This document shows positions 23,659-41,700 of a DNA stretch of 64,000 nucleotides, piece by piece; the stretch's first letter is position 1, and every line of letters begins with the position of its first letter. The DNA is from Vermamoeba vermiformis (Eukaryota), in assembly GCA_045837725.1 (NCBI GenBank), contig JBEWZL010000002.1, positions 1-64,000 of the forward strand. The letters run 5' to 3'. The position numbers were made by a program, and so were the translations under genes. The notes below the pieces were generated by a model, which saw only the letters and a list, made by a program, of their open reading frames with translations, had not been told where the DNA came from and made no database searches.

Positions 23659-26600
23659 TTAAACCTTGCCCAGAACTAATGCGAGCAAAGCCATGCGAAT
23701 GTACATTCCGTTCTCCATTTGTCGGAAATAAGCTGCTCGTGGATCGCTGTCTACCAAAGTTGAAATTTCATCTACACGTGGCAAGGGGTGCATGACAGCC
23801 ATAGTCTCTTTCGCCGAAGTCAACACTTCAGGCGTGATAATGTACGAGCCCTTGACTTTCTCGTACTCCTCGGCCGAGGCAAATCGTTCTTTTTGAATGC
23901 GAGTCACGTAGAGCACGTCAGTGTTGGCCAACACGGGCTCCAATGAATCGTATTCTTTTTGCACTACGCCCTTGGCATTCAATTCTTCAATCAAGTGGCG
24001 GGGCATGGCCAAGCTAGGAGGGCTGACGTAGTTCAAGTTGATGCCGCTGTAGAGGCTCAACAACTTCACCAATGAGTGGACGGTGCGACCGTGCTTCAAG
24101 TCACCGACGAGCGTGACGTTGATGTTGTTGACGGTGCCCAATTCTTCACGAATAGTGAACACGTCCAGCAAGGCTTGAGTGGGGTGCTCGCCAATACCGT
24201 CACCAGCGTTGATAACGGGCAAGCTGGAGTGTTTGGCAGCAGTGGCGGCGCTGCCTTCAACAGGGTGGCGCAAGACAATCACATCGCTGTAGCACTCGAG
24301 GGTCTTGATCGTGTCAACAAGTGTCTCGCCCTTTTGAGTCGAAGAAGTGCTCTCGTTGAACGGCACAACTGAACCACCGAGTCTGACCATGGCAGCGTAG
24401 AAAGAGGATGAAGTACGAGTTGAAGGCTCGAAGAACACGTTGGCGAGGACCTTGCCCTTGAGCAACTCAAGAGAGCCCATTCGCTTGACCATGGTGCGCA
24501 TGTCCGTGGCAACGGTGAACAAGAAGTGCAAATCAGAGCGTGAGAACTGTGACACACTGAGAATAGACTTGCCGCGCAACTTGCTCAAACCTTGCTCATC
24601 CTTGAGCAATGGTGCCAAGAGAGTAGGCTCGGGAACAACGTTGGCTGCAACGATTGCTTGCTCGGATTTCTTGGCCTTCTTGGCAGGCGAGGAAGGTACG
24701 ACAGCAACTTCGGCGACCTTCGGGGCAGGAACAACAACTGGGGCCTCAACAACAGGCACGCCAGTAACGTTGGATTCTTCAGGCATAGTGCGGTAGTGAG
24801 CAACATTTTGACCGTAACCCATGGGCACCAAGATCTTGCCGTCTTGGTAAGCAACTTTGCCACGCAAAACGACTTGTCTGACACGGCCCTTGACTTCCAT
24901 GCCAGCGAAGGGCGTCCATTGACACTTGCTGAATGGCATGGCTGCAGGAATGGTCCAGGTCTCGTCCAAATCGACTTCAATGTAAGTGTCAGGTTGCTCA
25001 GGCAAGTTGAAGATTCTTCGAGGGTTGGTGGACATCTTGGCAATGACGTCTTCAAGAGTGATCTTGCCTTGGTGGACGGCAGTCAACATAAGTGTCAAAG
25101 AAGTCTCCAAGCCAGGGAAGCCAGGAGGAGGCTGATCGCTGTCCTTCTCGTACAAGCAATGAGGTGCGTGATCAGTAGAAATGACGTCAATCACGTCCAT
25201 GTTGGCCCACAAGTAGTCGACATCAGATTGGGGTGACAAACGAGGTCTGACTTCGCAACGACCGTGACCCAACTTCTCAAGGTCTTCAGTGCTCATGAAC
25301 AAATGGTGAGGGCAAACTTCGCAAGTGACTTTAACACCGCGCTCCTTGGCCTTCTTGATAACTGCCAACTCTTCAGCCAATGACACGTGGCAGACGTGAA
25401 CTTGTCTGTCGTACAAGTGAGCCATCAACAAAGCAGCAGCCATGTTTCTCTTCTCGGCGTGGACGAAGAGAGGCATGTGAGCTGGCCAATGCTTGAAGTG
25501 CTCAGCCCAATCGTTCAAACTGTCCAACTTGAGAGTAGTGAAGGTAGGATCGAGGTACATCTTGAGTGCGAAAGCATTCTTGCTCAATCCAGCAACAACT
25601 TGAGCGTTGCCAATAGCAGCACCCAAGAAGATGCCGTAGTCGCAGCGAGCCTTCTCAGCAGCAATTCTGCTAACCATTTGGAAGGACTTGGCGTCGATGA
25701 TCGAAGGCTTAGTGTTGGGCATAGCACAAACGATCGTGACACCGCCGGCGAGAGCAGCGCAAGTACCGCTGTCCCAGTCCTCTTTGTGGTTGTCTCCAGG
25801 TTCGCGCAAGTGGACGTGAACATCGACAAGGCCGGGCAGGAGTACGATGTTACCACCACGACGAGCGTCGAGAAGAGGATCGACAGGAATGTTAGCAGGA
25901 ACATAGGTCAATGCGTCAACGAACAACTTGGCGACCTTAATGTCGGTGATAACAGGGATGCCCAAATCAATTGCCATACGACGGAGCTTGTAGCCCTTGG
26001 ACATGAAGTGAGAGGGACGAATGAATCTGTTCTTGCTCGGGATAATGATGCAAAGGTCAATGACACCACTTTGAAGAGCGTGGTGAATGGATCGTTCGGC
26101 GTTTTCACTGCCAGTCTCGCTGGGCCAGTACAAAGACTTGACGGGGATGTCGTGTTCAGCAAAGTAGTCAGCAGAGCCAGGAGTACCGAAGATAGTGTAG
26201 CCCATGTCAACGAGCTTGCGAGCAAAAGGCAAGAACTCGCCCTTCTCTTTGAAGGCACCAACAGAAATGAGAGCGTTCTTCTTCTTTGGCATCTTGAAGC
26301 CAGAGGACAAGAAGCCCTTCAAGAAGGCGCTGTACTTGTTCTCGCCAAGGCAAGCGACTTCACCAGTGGAAGCCATTTCGACACCCAAAACTGGATCAGC
26401 TCCTTGCAAACGAGAGAAGGAGAAAGTAGGAACTTTAACACCAACGTAGTTGTACTTGGAGGGGTCAATAGTGACAGGCTGGCAAGGAATGCCGAGGATG
26501 ACCTTCGAGGCCAAGACAGCAAAGTCAACACCGAGGACCTTGGAGACGAACGGGAAGCTACGAGAGCTACGCAAGTTGCATTCGATGACCTTAATCTCGT

Positions 26601-29600
26601 TGTCCTTGGCAATGAACTGAATATTCAAAGGACCAGAGACGTTCAAGCTGCGAACAATCTTTTCGGTGGCAGCCTCAATTTTGCTGATAGTAATAGGATC
26701 CAAGTCTTGAGCAGGCAACATCAAAGTAGCGTCACCAGAGTGAACACCAGCATTTTCAACGTGCTCTGAGATGGCTCTAACCAAGACACGACCGTTCTGG
26801 GCAACAGCGTCTACATCGACCTCCTTGGCGTACATGATGAACTTGGAAATGACGACAGGGTAGTCCTTAGAGACTGAGGTAGCTTCGCTGAGATAGGCTT
26901 CCAAGTCGGTGGGAGTGTGCACGACGTTCATACCGGCACCAGATAAGACGAATGATGGGCGAACCAAGCAAGGGTATCCAACGCTCTCGCAGAAGGCCTT
27001 GGTCTCTTCAATGGCACGGCACTCTTTCCAGCGAGGTTGATCAACACCCAAAGTATCCAACAAACGGGAGAACTTGTAACGGTTCTCAGCAGAGTCGATG
27101 CTTTCAGGTGAAGTACCCAAGATGTTGAAGTGAGCACGGTGAAGAGCCATAGCAACGTTGTTAGGCATTTGACCACCCATAGAAACGATGACACCGAGAG
27201 GGTTCTCGCGTTCGTAGATATCAGCAATGCGTTCGAAGGTAAGTTCTTCGAAGAATAGCTTGTCGCACTCGTCGTAGTCGGTACTGACAGTCTCAGGGTT
27301 GTAGTTGATCATGATGGTCTTGTGGCCCAACTTGCTGGCAGTGTGAGTGGCACTGACGGCGCACCAATCGAACTCGACACTGCTACCGATGCAGTAAGCA
27401 CCAGAGCCCAAAATGATAACGGAGCCCTTTCCTTGTTCAATGTCGTCTTCAGAAGCGTTGTAGGTCATGTATAGGTAGTTGTTGTGAGCAGGGAACTCTG
27501 CAGCAACAGTATCGACTTGCTTCACGAAGGGCACGATGGAGTGCTGCTTTCTGAAGTCTCTGATAACAGTCTCAGTGCTGTGCATGCACTTGGCGATGGC
27601 CTTGTCGGAGAAACCCAATCTCTTGGCTTGCAACAAGACTTGAGGAGTCAAATCAGTAGGTCTGATCTTGCGCATGCTAGTCTCCAAGTCGCTGATGCGC
27701 TTCAATTTGTACAAGAACCACTTGTCAATGTTGGTCAACGAGTGAATCTTATCGACAGTCATGCCTTGCTTCAGAGCCTCGGCGATGACAAAAATTCTGT
27801 CGTACGAAGCATTGACGAGGTTGTGCTCGAGGTCCTTGGGAGTAGAAACACCGCTCATGAATCCCAATGAAGCATCATTGACCATGCGGCAAGCTTTTTG
27901 AATAGTTTCTTCGAAGTTTCTGCCAATAGCCATGACTTCTCCGACTGATTTCATAGCAGTGCCGATAGTCTTGTTGACGTGCTCGAACTTCTTCAAGTCC
28001 CATCGAGGCACTTTAACGACGCAGTAATCCAAGCTAGGCTCGAACATAGTGGTAGTAGCACCTTGAGTGACCTTGTTCTTCAAGTCCAACAAGCTGTAGC
28101 CGAGCGACAACTTGGCTGCAACAAAGGCGAGAGGATAGCCAGTAGCCTTGCTAGCCATAGCTGAGCTGCGAGACAAACGAGCATTGACTTCGATGATGAA
28201 GTATTCCTCAGAGTTAGGGTTGAGTGCGTATTGAATGTTGCACTCTCCGACAACACCCAAGTGGCGCACGACCTTGATGGCGCACTTGCGGAGCATGTGG
28301 TACTCTTGATCGGTCAAAGTTTGACTGGGAGCCACGACGATAGATTCACCAGTGTGAATGCCCAAAGGATCGAAGTTCTCCATGTTGCAAACAGTGATGC
28401 AGTTGTCAAAAGCGTCACGAACAACTTCGTACTCGATTTCCTTCCAGCCCTTGAGTGAACGCTCAATGAGGACTTGGTTAGAGGAGGCCAAGCTGACACG
28501 AACAGCAGCTTCCAATTCCTCCTTGTTGTTAGCAAAGCCCGAGCCAAGACCGCCCAAAGCGAAAGCTGAGCGAAGAATGACAGGGTAGCCGATTTTCTGC
28601 GTCGGGTTAATGTTGTTTAATGGATTTACCTTATTGTGTTCTTACCTCAGCAGCGGCAATAGCGTCCTGGACGTTGGTGACTGCAGCACTGGGAGCGACG
28701 TACTCGCCAATCTCCTTGACGGCATTAGCGAACAACTCGCGATCTTCAGTGGTAATAATGGTGTCGACTGGAGTACCCAAGACCTTCACTCCGTAGTTGG
28801 CGAGAGTGCCAGACTTGTACAAAGAGACACCGCAGTTCAAAGCAGTTTGACCACCGAACTGAAGCAAGATGCCGTCGGGCTTTTCGATCTCGATGACCTT
28901 CGTTACAAACTCCGGAGTGATCGGCAAGAAGTAGACACGATCAGCCAAGCCAGGAGTAGTTTGGACGGTGGCAATGTTGGGGTTGATCAAAATAGTGCGA
29001 ATGCCTTCTTCTTTCATGGCTTTGATGGCCTGTGAACCAGAGTAATCGAACTCTCCGGCTTGACCAATGGACAAACCACCAGAGCCCAACAAAAGAACCT
29101 TGGTGACTGACTCGCGCTTGGTCGGAGCATTAGGGAACTTCTTGTTGAGCGGGTGATCGAACTTTTGGCCGCGAACGAGCGACAAGAAGTAATCGAACAA
29201 GTACTCGGTCTCGACTGGTCCACCCTTGGCCTCAGGATGGAATTGCACGCTGAAGAACGGCTTAGTGGTGTGGTAGATGCCTTCGTTCGTCTTGTCGTTG
29301 GCATTGTAAAAGTATTGTTTCCATTGAGAAGGTAAAGTAGCGACGTCAATGGCGTAACCGTGATTTTGCATGGTCAAGTGGCATCGACCAGAGAATTGCT
29401 CGTCGACACAAGGTTGATTGTGACCTCTGTTACCGAACTTCAATTTGTAAGTCTTCGCGCCTGCCGCCAATCCCAACAATTGATTGCCCAGACAAATACC
29501 AAAAATGGGCTTGGGAGTAGGGTTGGCTTCTTCTTTTTCGAGCAATCGCTATAATCCGTGTTAATACTATTGCAATTATAGCAAGCTTATTATATTGAGC

Positions 29601-30642
29601 ATACCTTTAAGTTATTTACAGTAGTAGAAGCCATGACAGGGTCTCCGGGACCGTTGCTGAGGAACAAGCCGTCCCATTCATTGTAGTCCTTTGCAAAGTC
29701 GTAGTCCCAAGGAACAACCTTGACTTTAACACCTCGTTGCAAGAAGCAGCGAATTTGATTATTTTTAATACCGCAATCGACCATCATAATGGTTTTGTCA
29801 CCAGATCCGTAAGTTTTAACTTGCTTTGTCGACACTTCAGCGACAAGGTTTCTGCTGTTAGGGTCCTCCAAAGGAACAGCTTCAAGCTGCATGATTAATC
29901 ATTAGCTACTTGCATAGTACTAGTACTTTAAGACCGGATCCCACCTTGTCCTTGGCTTGGAGAACACGACCCAACATGACACCAGTGTGACGGATCTTTT
30001 TAATTAATGCACGAGTATCGATGCCAAATACTGCGGGCACGTTGTTCTTTTTAAGCCAGTCACCGAGAGACGCCTTGGCGTTCCAGTGGCTGTACTGATC
30101 GGAGTAATCTAATCCAGATGAAAAATGTGTGAGTTATTTGCAATCAGGCCTTAGGAGCTCGTAGAACATATTTAAAATATTATGATTTGCTATTGTCATA
30201 ATTTTTAGACCGTGTTGGGCTCCTTACCGGCGACGATCAAACCAGCAACCTGGATCTGAGAGGATTCGTAATTTTTAGAAAAGCCGTGCTCGTTGAGGTC
30301 CTCAGGAGGCACACCATAGTTGCCTATTTAACGAGTTTAGTTGATAATCAAGCTCGTGCATGATATTTTTTCTGATATTTATGATAATTGCCCGATCTGA
30401 AAGTTCGAAAGCGTTCTATCACGTTATAAATAGTGTGATGACTATTTACCAATTAAGGGGTAGGCTAAGATCAAAATTTGGCCACGGTAGGAAGGATCTG
30501 TCAAGGATTCAATGTAGCCCACCATGCCGGTCTGAAACACGCATTCTCCACTAACACTCAACTCCGCGCCAAAGGATTGGCCTTCGTAGGTCGTTCCGTC
30601 AGCAAGGACGAGGGACGCTTTAGGATATTGCTTCTCTTCCAT
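23659..30642 (-). CDS. CAD: CAD multienzyme (glutaminase, carbamoyl-phosphate synthetase, dihydroorotase, aspartate transcarbamylase)
   Basis: [32 protein letters not shown] (GATase); [13 protein letters not shown] and [11 protein letters not shown] (CPS); [10 protein letters not shown] and TDHAPH (DHOase); [21 protein letters not shown] (ATCase). Confidence 0.99.
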
Positions 30643-31131
30643 GGATCTGCTGCAGACGTGACTGTTAATAAAATGTAAACTTTTGCAAAAAAAGGTTGTT
30701 GCCTCCACCAACAATCGTTTGCTAAAATCTAGGGCTTAATGGTATAATTAATTTTAGCAATAAAACTAGTAACCTTCGTTTCACAAAATTGAAATGAATC
30801 TGAAGTGCGATCTTCGAAAACATTGTTATTGAATCACCAATAGGACGACTTACATTTGTTTGTCTATGGCTCGTTTTAATAAAAACAAGCTAATCCCTCA
30901 AGTGGTGTTGGAGAACGAGGTCAATAAACAAATGCCCGTTCGAGCAAGAAACAAAAAAATTGGGCGCGCACACTTTGAGACCGTTGCACGTGGACCGACG
31001 AAATCTCCGTTGAGTCACACACCACGCGCCGTTTCATTCCACAATGTATTTCATGCGCGATATTTCGTAATTTACGTCGGTATAAAATCGTCTGTAAGAA
31101 AAAAGTTTATGGATCGGATCAAATCCGAAAA

Positions 31132-33985
<2,854 letters not shown>

Positions 33986-34023
33986 TTACTTTGTTGTACA
34001 AAAAGGGGTGAAGGTACATCCGT

Positions 34024-37000
34024 TCAGTACCGAGGAGTCTCGCTCAAATTGTCTTTCGATTCAATTTGCTCTAACAGCTGTTGCAACTCAGCTAACCTGA
34101 TCAACTGGCGTGTTTCCGCGAGAGACTTCGTTACCTCGGCGTACTTGTTGGTCAAGTCCAGCTCTTGTTGGTGCAGATCTTCGAGTCTCGCCTTCATGGC
34201 TACCCAACCGTCAGAACTACCGCCCTTGCTCATATTTTCAATCTCTAGGTGCAGCGCGGTAATGTGCTCTTGGATCTGTTGGTCCAACACTTCTCGTTGC
34301 TGTTGTATGTCGGTGACATCATTGCACAGGCTGCCAAGAGTGGCGTTCAATTGGCCGATCTGACCGCTGCTTCGAGGTGAAGGAGCCTTGACACCACCCG
34401 CGCTAGTATTAGAGCGCGGTACTAAGGCCGGTGGCCCTCCCTTCTTGAGGCCTGGTCCTGGGGCAACCTTGGCATTGGCTAAGAGCTCCCGCTGTTCACC
34501 GAACACGGATGCGGCAGATTTAGACTTGAGAATGTGATCTCCTCCCTTTGGTGTAGGGCCCTTTGGGCGAACAGGAGGTCGTGGCAGAAGATTTGGCACG
34601 GTGTTGCTGTTTGGCAAAGGTGGAAGTACTTGAACACCGGACGGGGTTGGTGAAACGGGTCGATCTGCTCCGATCTGAGGAGGAGGCGGCAAGTTCTGTG
34701 GTGGAGGAGGTAAGCCTTGAGGAGGAGGTGGCAAGAATTGTGGTGGCGGTGGCATCTTTCCAGGAGAGATTTGGCCAGAAACAAAGGAGGGGTTTGACGG
34801 GGCACGAAGAGGAATGGGCGGGAGAACCATCACGGGTCCAGAAGAGCCAGGTTGATCGGTTGACGAACTCAGACCACTGCTTCTGAACTGAGATAGATAT
34901 GACGCGGGAATGTACGAGACGTTGATTGATCTGTCCCAACTGGCAGTCCATAACTCAAAGTTGCTGCAAGGAACGCGTCAGATCGAGCACTTTTTTTTGA
35001 TCGGATGTGAACTTACCCGTCTGCTTGCTTTCTTGGCATCAAATAGCTGATAGCATCGGTGTGGATATTATCCAAGGTGCCCAAGGGTGAGAAGGAGATA
35101 GGATCCCAAATTCGAATTGTTTTATCCCACGCGCAACTCAGCACGACTGGACCAACTGCAGCAATATGGTACACGCAACCCTTGTGTTGAGTGAGTTTGC
35201 TCTAAACGTAATATGTTAGGGCCCGTCGACTACTACACGAAGGCGGAGTACTTACTACTAAAGAGAAATCATTCTCGCTGATAACTAAAATCGAAGCATC
35301 GTCACACGCGACCCAAATATTGCTTCCGACGGCGGCAAAGAATATTGCTTTCGAGTTGCAAACGTCCTTGATCTCAGCAACTTTTTCGAAGGTCTATTAA
35401 TTGTATTAGTATGGGGAAGGGCAATTGCAGGTTAGCAAAACTCACATCCGGGTTGTACACGTGAATGACTTTAGATCGCCAAGTCCAGACGTATTTGCCA
35501 GCCTTGTCCATGCACATAGTCATATCGTTCGTGTAGTCAGTCAGGTCACGCACAGTCTGTCCTTCTTGATCGACGACAAGCAACTTCTCACCAGCAAGCC
35601 AAATGTTGTCTCCAACGAGCGTGCCGGTCAATTCGCCGCGGATTGGCAGAGTCTTCTTAGCATCGGGAACGTTGCCCTTTTCAACAAGTGTCCTAGCGTT
35701 CCACGTAATAACTTCTTGCGGCGTAACAGCCCACAGCCAATCGCCGACAAGAAGAGGATTGCTGAACAGTTTGGCACCTCCGTTCAAGTGAGACACTGGC
35801 TTCATTTCTTGTTCTTTCCACCATCGCACCATTCCGTTAGAGTCAAAACTGAACATCAAGCCTTCGAATGGGATAAGAGTAATAACTGATCGTAAGTGGC
35901 CAACCAACCGACGTCTATTATGACAGTTAGTCAGTCAATTCATTATAGCGAATATTGCGGACGTACCTAAACAATGGCTCTCTTGCTTTAGCCATGTCAT
36001 CTTCTTCGAACAAAGTGGGGTACTCGTCAATCATATACATCACGAGATCGTGCCCGTGGTCGAATGAGAAGAACACGCCAGCCATCGTGCCAAAAATTGT
36101 TGCCAAATTATCTGTGTTCATCATATTCATGTGGGAGTTCGTCGATACTTGATACAAAAAGAATAAGAATTCTTTGGCAACAGTTTGATTGACCTTGGGA
36201 AGTTGCCTGAATAACTCTAAAAATCTCGGGTTTCTATCGGAATATGTTTCAATCGCTTGGAGTTCTTGAAATTGCGCTTGAAGAGCGTTTGTGAATAAGG
36301 GTTCGGGTAAGTCTCTGAAGTACTTCTTTAAAACACTAGAAACGTCTGCTTCGCTGCACTGTTCTTTTCGGAAGTCAATTTGCAATCCTTGGCCTAAGAA
36401 CACGCGTTAAATACCAATAAGACGGCAATATCATTGTGATTGCTTACCCTTGTTGAATTTTTCGATAATAGCGTTCATTTTGCCCGATCCACCCGGTATT
36501 CTGAAAATACCTTCGACCGAGAGACCGTTTTGCATCAAGAAATGTAAACTCTTTTCTACTACGCTGGGCATTGTGGCTGAGGGATTGTAGATGGTCTCGA
36601 AGCCCATGAGTGCTTCTAACTTGCTTCCAAAGGTTGGAACTAATTTGCTTTCATCGATGACGAGTGCTGTACAAATAAATTGCGTTAACCAAATTTGGAA
36701 ATTCAATAGGTAGCGATCATTTGTCAGTAATAGGTGTAGCTACATACCTGGTTGACTCTTCGCTGCTAAGCCTGTAAAATCTCCGGATATTTTGCTTTGT
36801 GCACGAGCAACTGGTGGCGAATCCGCTCCCGGGCATTCGTGGGTCAGATCATCAATGCATTTCTTGTGTACAGTGAGAGCGCAATTAGAGCATTTGTATC
36901 CTTGCTTGCCAACGCCCCAAATATTTTTCTTGCAAACTCCGCAAACGACAGGACTCGGGAAATGAGATTTCTTCAGCGGATGTCCTTTAACCTTGGATTC

Positions 37001-37111
37001 GTCGTCTTTATCAGTTTGGGCACCGACATTTTGCCCTAAAGCGTTGCCTACGCCACCAAGGACATTAACTTTTGGTGCGCCTGCGTCCTTTGGCTTATTT
37101 TTGTTCGACAT
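34024..37111 (-). CDS. RhoGAP with N-terminal C1 domain, beta-propeller, proline-rich region and C-terminal coiled coil
   Basis: C1 HPLKKSHFPSPVVCGVCKKNIWGVGKQGYKCSNC...HKKC; GAP EGIFRIPG, LKKYFRDLPEPL, NMMNTDNLATIFG; WD-like SCAWDKTIRIWD and TASWDRSI; PPPPQ repeats. Confidence 0.9.
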
Positions 37112-37695
37112 CCTCGGAGCTATGCAAAAATGCATTAATTATCGGGAACTACATAATCGATTATAACTTATAGAATTGTTAACTACATTTGCTAATATTA
37201 CATTTGATTACAGCTACAAAATAATGAAATTTTCTTAACCGAAATTTATGGAATGGGTTTGCTAATTTTTAAATAATGAAAAGCTTAAAATATTATTGTG
37301 AACATATGTAAAGCTTAATTTAATTTCTTGTGATTGTAAAATAAATTTTAATTGCCAGATGAAGTTCAATTTAATTTTGTAACAAATCAGCTGCGTTATC
37401 AGTTCGGATTTGCTTTAGATTGAATGTTCATATTATATTGGTTATATGATTAAGCATATACCGCAAGCATACTCTATTCTTCCGCAAAATTTGATCAAAT
37501 ATTCAGTTTGCTGCTGGTATCACGTCAGTAGGTAACTTACCCAATTAATAGCAAAATTGACAATCCGTGGTATTGGTAGATATTTTACAAATAATTCTGC
37601 ACAAAGGCAAAACGGTCATTTTTTTGATCGAACTGTATTTTCGTTCACACGAGGAGGAACTCAACAAGACCTCAAAAGGCGATAATTTGTATAAT

Positions 37696-38487
37696 ATGGA
37701 TCATCCTCGATATCGCAACGTCGAAAATATCAAAGACGAAACCTTGAAAGCGTTGACGATCGGATTTATTGACCTCATTCAAGACAATAAAATCTATGGG
37801 TCTGGTAAGTTCACTACGATTATATTTTATCGTTGTATAATGTGTAGAGGCCTCTACGATTTAATTAAATAATTTTTATTTTGGGATCGTCAATTGCGCG
37901 TCAGTTGATAGCCCAGCTGCAATCCTTAATTGGCAACGTATTAACAAAATATTAGATATCTGCCGTAGGCTAGTATTCGAACACATAGAAAAGGGCAGTG
38001 TCACTTTTTCGTTGAAAGTAGAGAAGGACATGTGCAATATTTATTCCACGTTTCACGGTGGTGCATACGGTTATTTAGCAGGTAGATTATAATTATAAGA
38101 ATAACACGGGACTAGGAGGCGGTCTTTCTGATTTTAATTCAAATAGATCACATCAGTACGTTAGCAATTATGAGTGCAGACAAAGAACATCGTGCAGGTG
38201 TTAGTGTTCAATTAGGCACGAGTTATATGAAGGCTATTCCGATGAACGAGAACGTCAAAATTGTCAGCACTGTACTCCGAACTGGCAAACAGTTAGCGAC
38301 AGCTGAAGTTCGATTTTATGATAAGGTACGTATTTACAACAGTTTCGAGCTTATATTTACTGCATAATTAACGCGTTAGCATGGAACAATACTTAACTTT
38401 ATTGACACTTCGTGTTTATAGGATAATGTGCTTTGTGCTGTTAGTACGCATACCAAATTCTTACCAATGCCAATGCCTAAACTGTAA
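37696..38487 (+). CDS. PaaI/ACOT13-like hotdog-fold acyl-CoA thioesterase
   Basis: MCNIYSTFHGGAY...D, GVSVQLGTSYM, VLRTGKQLA, HTKF; ends PMPKL* (PTS1-like). Confidence 0.88.
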
Positions 38488-38737
38488 TAAATATTCTAGC
38501 TAATAAAATTGTAAATTACGTGCGGATTTTCTCGATCTGATTGGATTTACAGATCTTGAATCAAACGAAAGTCGTGACAAGAATAATTGTACTTAGACTT
38601 AAGAAAGAGCGATTCCCTACGGATGTGCGTAGAAACGCGTTATTCAAAAAAGGCAAAGGTTCTCAAGACCGATTATTAGAAAGATTTGTTCGAACAGTTT
38701 GTTATTGTTTATTTCTTGTACATTATTACACTATACA

Positions 38738-41700
38738 ATGAGTGGACTAAGCTCACCTGATTTACTTGATACGTCCACCGCGTCCACTTCGACAACCCCG
38801 ACCCGAACCAAAAAGCGAAGTATGGATGCAGCACTACTGACGAGGAGAAATTCGAAATATTAATGATTTATTCACAGGAAATGGAGGAAAATTATTTACG
38901 TTCGGAAGTGGTCTGGATGGTAACGGTCGCAATTTAAAATGACTCAATTTAAAATTCCAAATTAATTAAAGAACACTATGTAAAATATATTAATAACCCT
39001 TATCATATTATAACACGGATGAATATTATAAAGCGAATCGGCAAACTTTAATTAAATACTAATTCGAAATCCGCAAGCAAGGCCCAGTGTTCTATTATTG
39101 ATTACTCTTCGGTCAGATAGTGGTTCTAATAATTATTGCATCAAATAATAGGACGTTTGGGCCATGGAGACATTAAGGATCGAAACATACCGACCCAAAT
39201 CCAGTTCGATACGCCAGAAAAATTCGTATTCATTGACGGCGGTGCTTTTCATTCAGCAGCCGTTACAAGTACGTATTATATTGCGTCACATTCATCCTAA
39301 TAATTCCGCCCTCAGAGACTGGTCAATTATGGACGTGGGGTCGAGGAATATTTGGTCAATTAGGCCACGGAGACCAAGAAAACAGAAACAAACCAAAGCT
39401 GGTAGAAACAGCTCCCGATGTTAAATTCATTCAAGTATCGTGCGGATCCGATTTTACCGTAGCTCTGTCCGGTAAGTATCGAGAGGCATGCCTTAGTCAG
39501 TTACGCTTCGTGTCTCATTACGTTCCGTAGATCAAGGCAAAGTGTACACGTGGGGCAAGGGCCGTCAAGGAGCTCTCGGCCACGGTGATAAGAACAATCA
39601 CTCGAGACCTAAACTCGTTGAGACTCTCGCAGATAAAATCATCGTGTGCGTCACTGCCGGATCCAACTTCGTCATTGCAGTTGCTGGTACGTGTTAACGC
39701 CAACCGCAATGTTTATAAGAGAACTAAGCCTGGGCCTAGGTGATGGCACGCTATGGTCGTGGGGTGAAGCAACGAAGGGACAGCTTGGTTACTATGATAA
39801 CAAAGAGGTAGAAGTGCTGCCGAAGTTGGTTAAGACCCGCGAGAAGTATAAAATAGTTTCCGCCTCAGCTGGAGATTACCACGTAATCGCACTTGGAGGT
39901 AAGGACAGAAAACGAATCAGTATACGAGGATCCATTGCGTCGTGTCGTTGAGTTTGCGAAACGCTGGATCAACGCGGCCCGCTTAGCTCAGTCGGTAGAG
40001 CGCTAGGCTTTTAACCTAGTGGTCGGGGGTTCGAGCCCCCCAGCGGGCGTATTCTTTTTTTTTTTGCTTACGCACTTCTTATTTGACATAAATATAATTA
40101 TGCACTTATTTAGAATCCTCTCACACTAATTTACTTTCGCCTTCGCGAGACGGCACAATTTTTTTATTATATTTTGTCTGCGCGGCTAAATCTGATCCGT
40201 CACTTTTGAACGTTGTTTCGAGCTTTGGTTTGTCTGACCCACTTTTCGTAGATAATGGCAAGATATACACTTGGGGTGCAGGCCAATACGGGCAGCTGGG
40301 GCACTGCAACACTGCAGATCAGATCATGCCTCGACCTGTTTTCTTCTCGCAAGAGGAAATCAAGTTCGTCAAAGTTGCTGCTAGTCCGTCACACACTATG
40401 GCCCTGACAGGTAATTCATCCTAGAATAAGCACGAAGAGCACTTACTAACGTGTGATCTGAACAGAGGAAGGCAAGTTGTACACGTGGGGCCGCAATCAG
40501 TTTGGTCAATTAGGTCACGACGACACGAAGGATCAATACTTCCCTAAGCTTGTTGATATTCAGTTTGTATATTTTGTTGATATGGCAGGTGGCTACTTCC
40601 ATACTGTCGCTATTTCAGGTACTCCAACACATCTGGATCCGCACCACTTTTTTTCAGTGTATAACATTATTTTATTGAATTTAGATGAGGGAGATATTTG
40701 GACTTGGGGCCATGGTGGTAATGGTCGATTAGGCCACGGTGGCACTGAAGATGTGAAGAGGCCAAAGCTCGTTGAATTGCCCGATGTAGATATTAAGGTA
40801 CGTGACATTTCATTGCCACATCTTTCGGTCGCTGACAACTCCGTCCAGAACGCACCTAGATTTAAGCTCGTGGCCGCAGGAGATCACCACACACTAGTCA
40901 TTACTTCAGCACGTCGAATTGTCAGTCGAGACAGGTCGAGTACAACGACTTCGAGCGGCAACAAGTTGAAGCCAGGAGGCAGCATGCGAAAAAAGATTAG
41001 CAGACAAAAGTCACTCAACGCTAGCCCGCGCCAAATATCAGTGCCGAACATCCCTAAGATCAGTCTCGACGCTGTTCGTGCGGCCAAAACTGCCGGTGAA
41101 ATGTCCGTGCCAAAAGATGCAAGTCCACGCACACCTCACAGCCCATTGAACAGTCCCATCAGCGATCAAGTGAGCATATTATAGTTATTCCTATTCATAT
41201 ACTAACGATGTGTATTAGAGCGATTCAAGGCTCGCGGAAGAGACTATCGCGCTGAAACTAGCCATGCAAAAACTCGAAGATGAGAACGGCGCGTTGAAGA
41301 AACAAATTGAAACGTTGACAGAACAATTGAAGTTCGTTAAAGACAAGCAACATATCACCGAAACGAGCAATCAGAAATTAACCGACAAAGTGACCAATTA
41401 CGAGACCCTCAATCGACTATTAAAAATCGATATTGAGAAGCATTCAAAGACGATTCAAGAGCAAAAAGAGAAATTGGAAGAAAAAGCTGTTTTGGAGGCT
41501 AAAGCAGCGGAACAAGCCAAAGAGGCCGAGGCTAAAGCAGCAGCGGAATATCTCATGTTGGTCGAGTACCAAGATGTCAAGAGGAAGTTGACACTGAGCC
41601 AACCATCGCTGACCACTGACGTTGTGTTGAAGAGTATCTGCGAGTTATTTAAAGTCTCAAAATCGGAGGAATACAATTTGGAATATTTTGACGAAGATTT

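Noticed and set aside
25387-26769. 460-aa plus-strand ORF and other ORFs overlapping CAD
   Set aside because: Antisense shadow of a strongly codon-biased CAD exon; no recognisable motifs.
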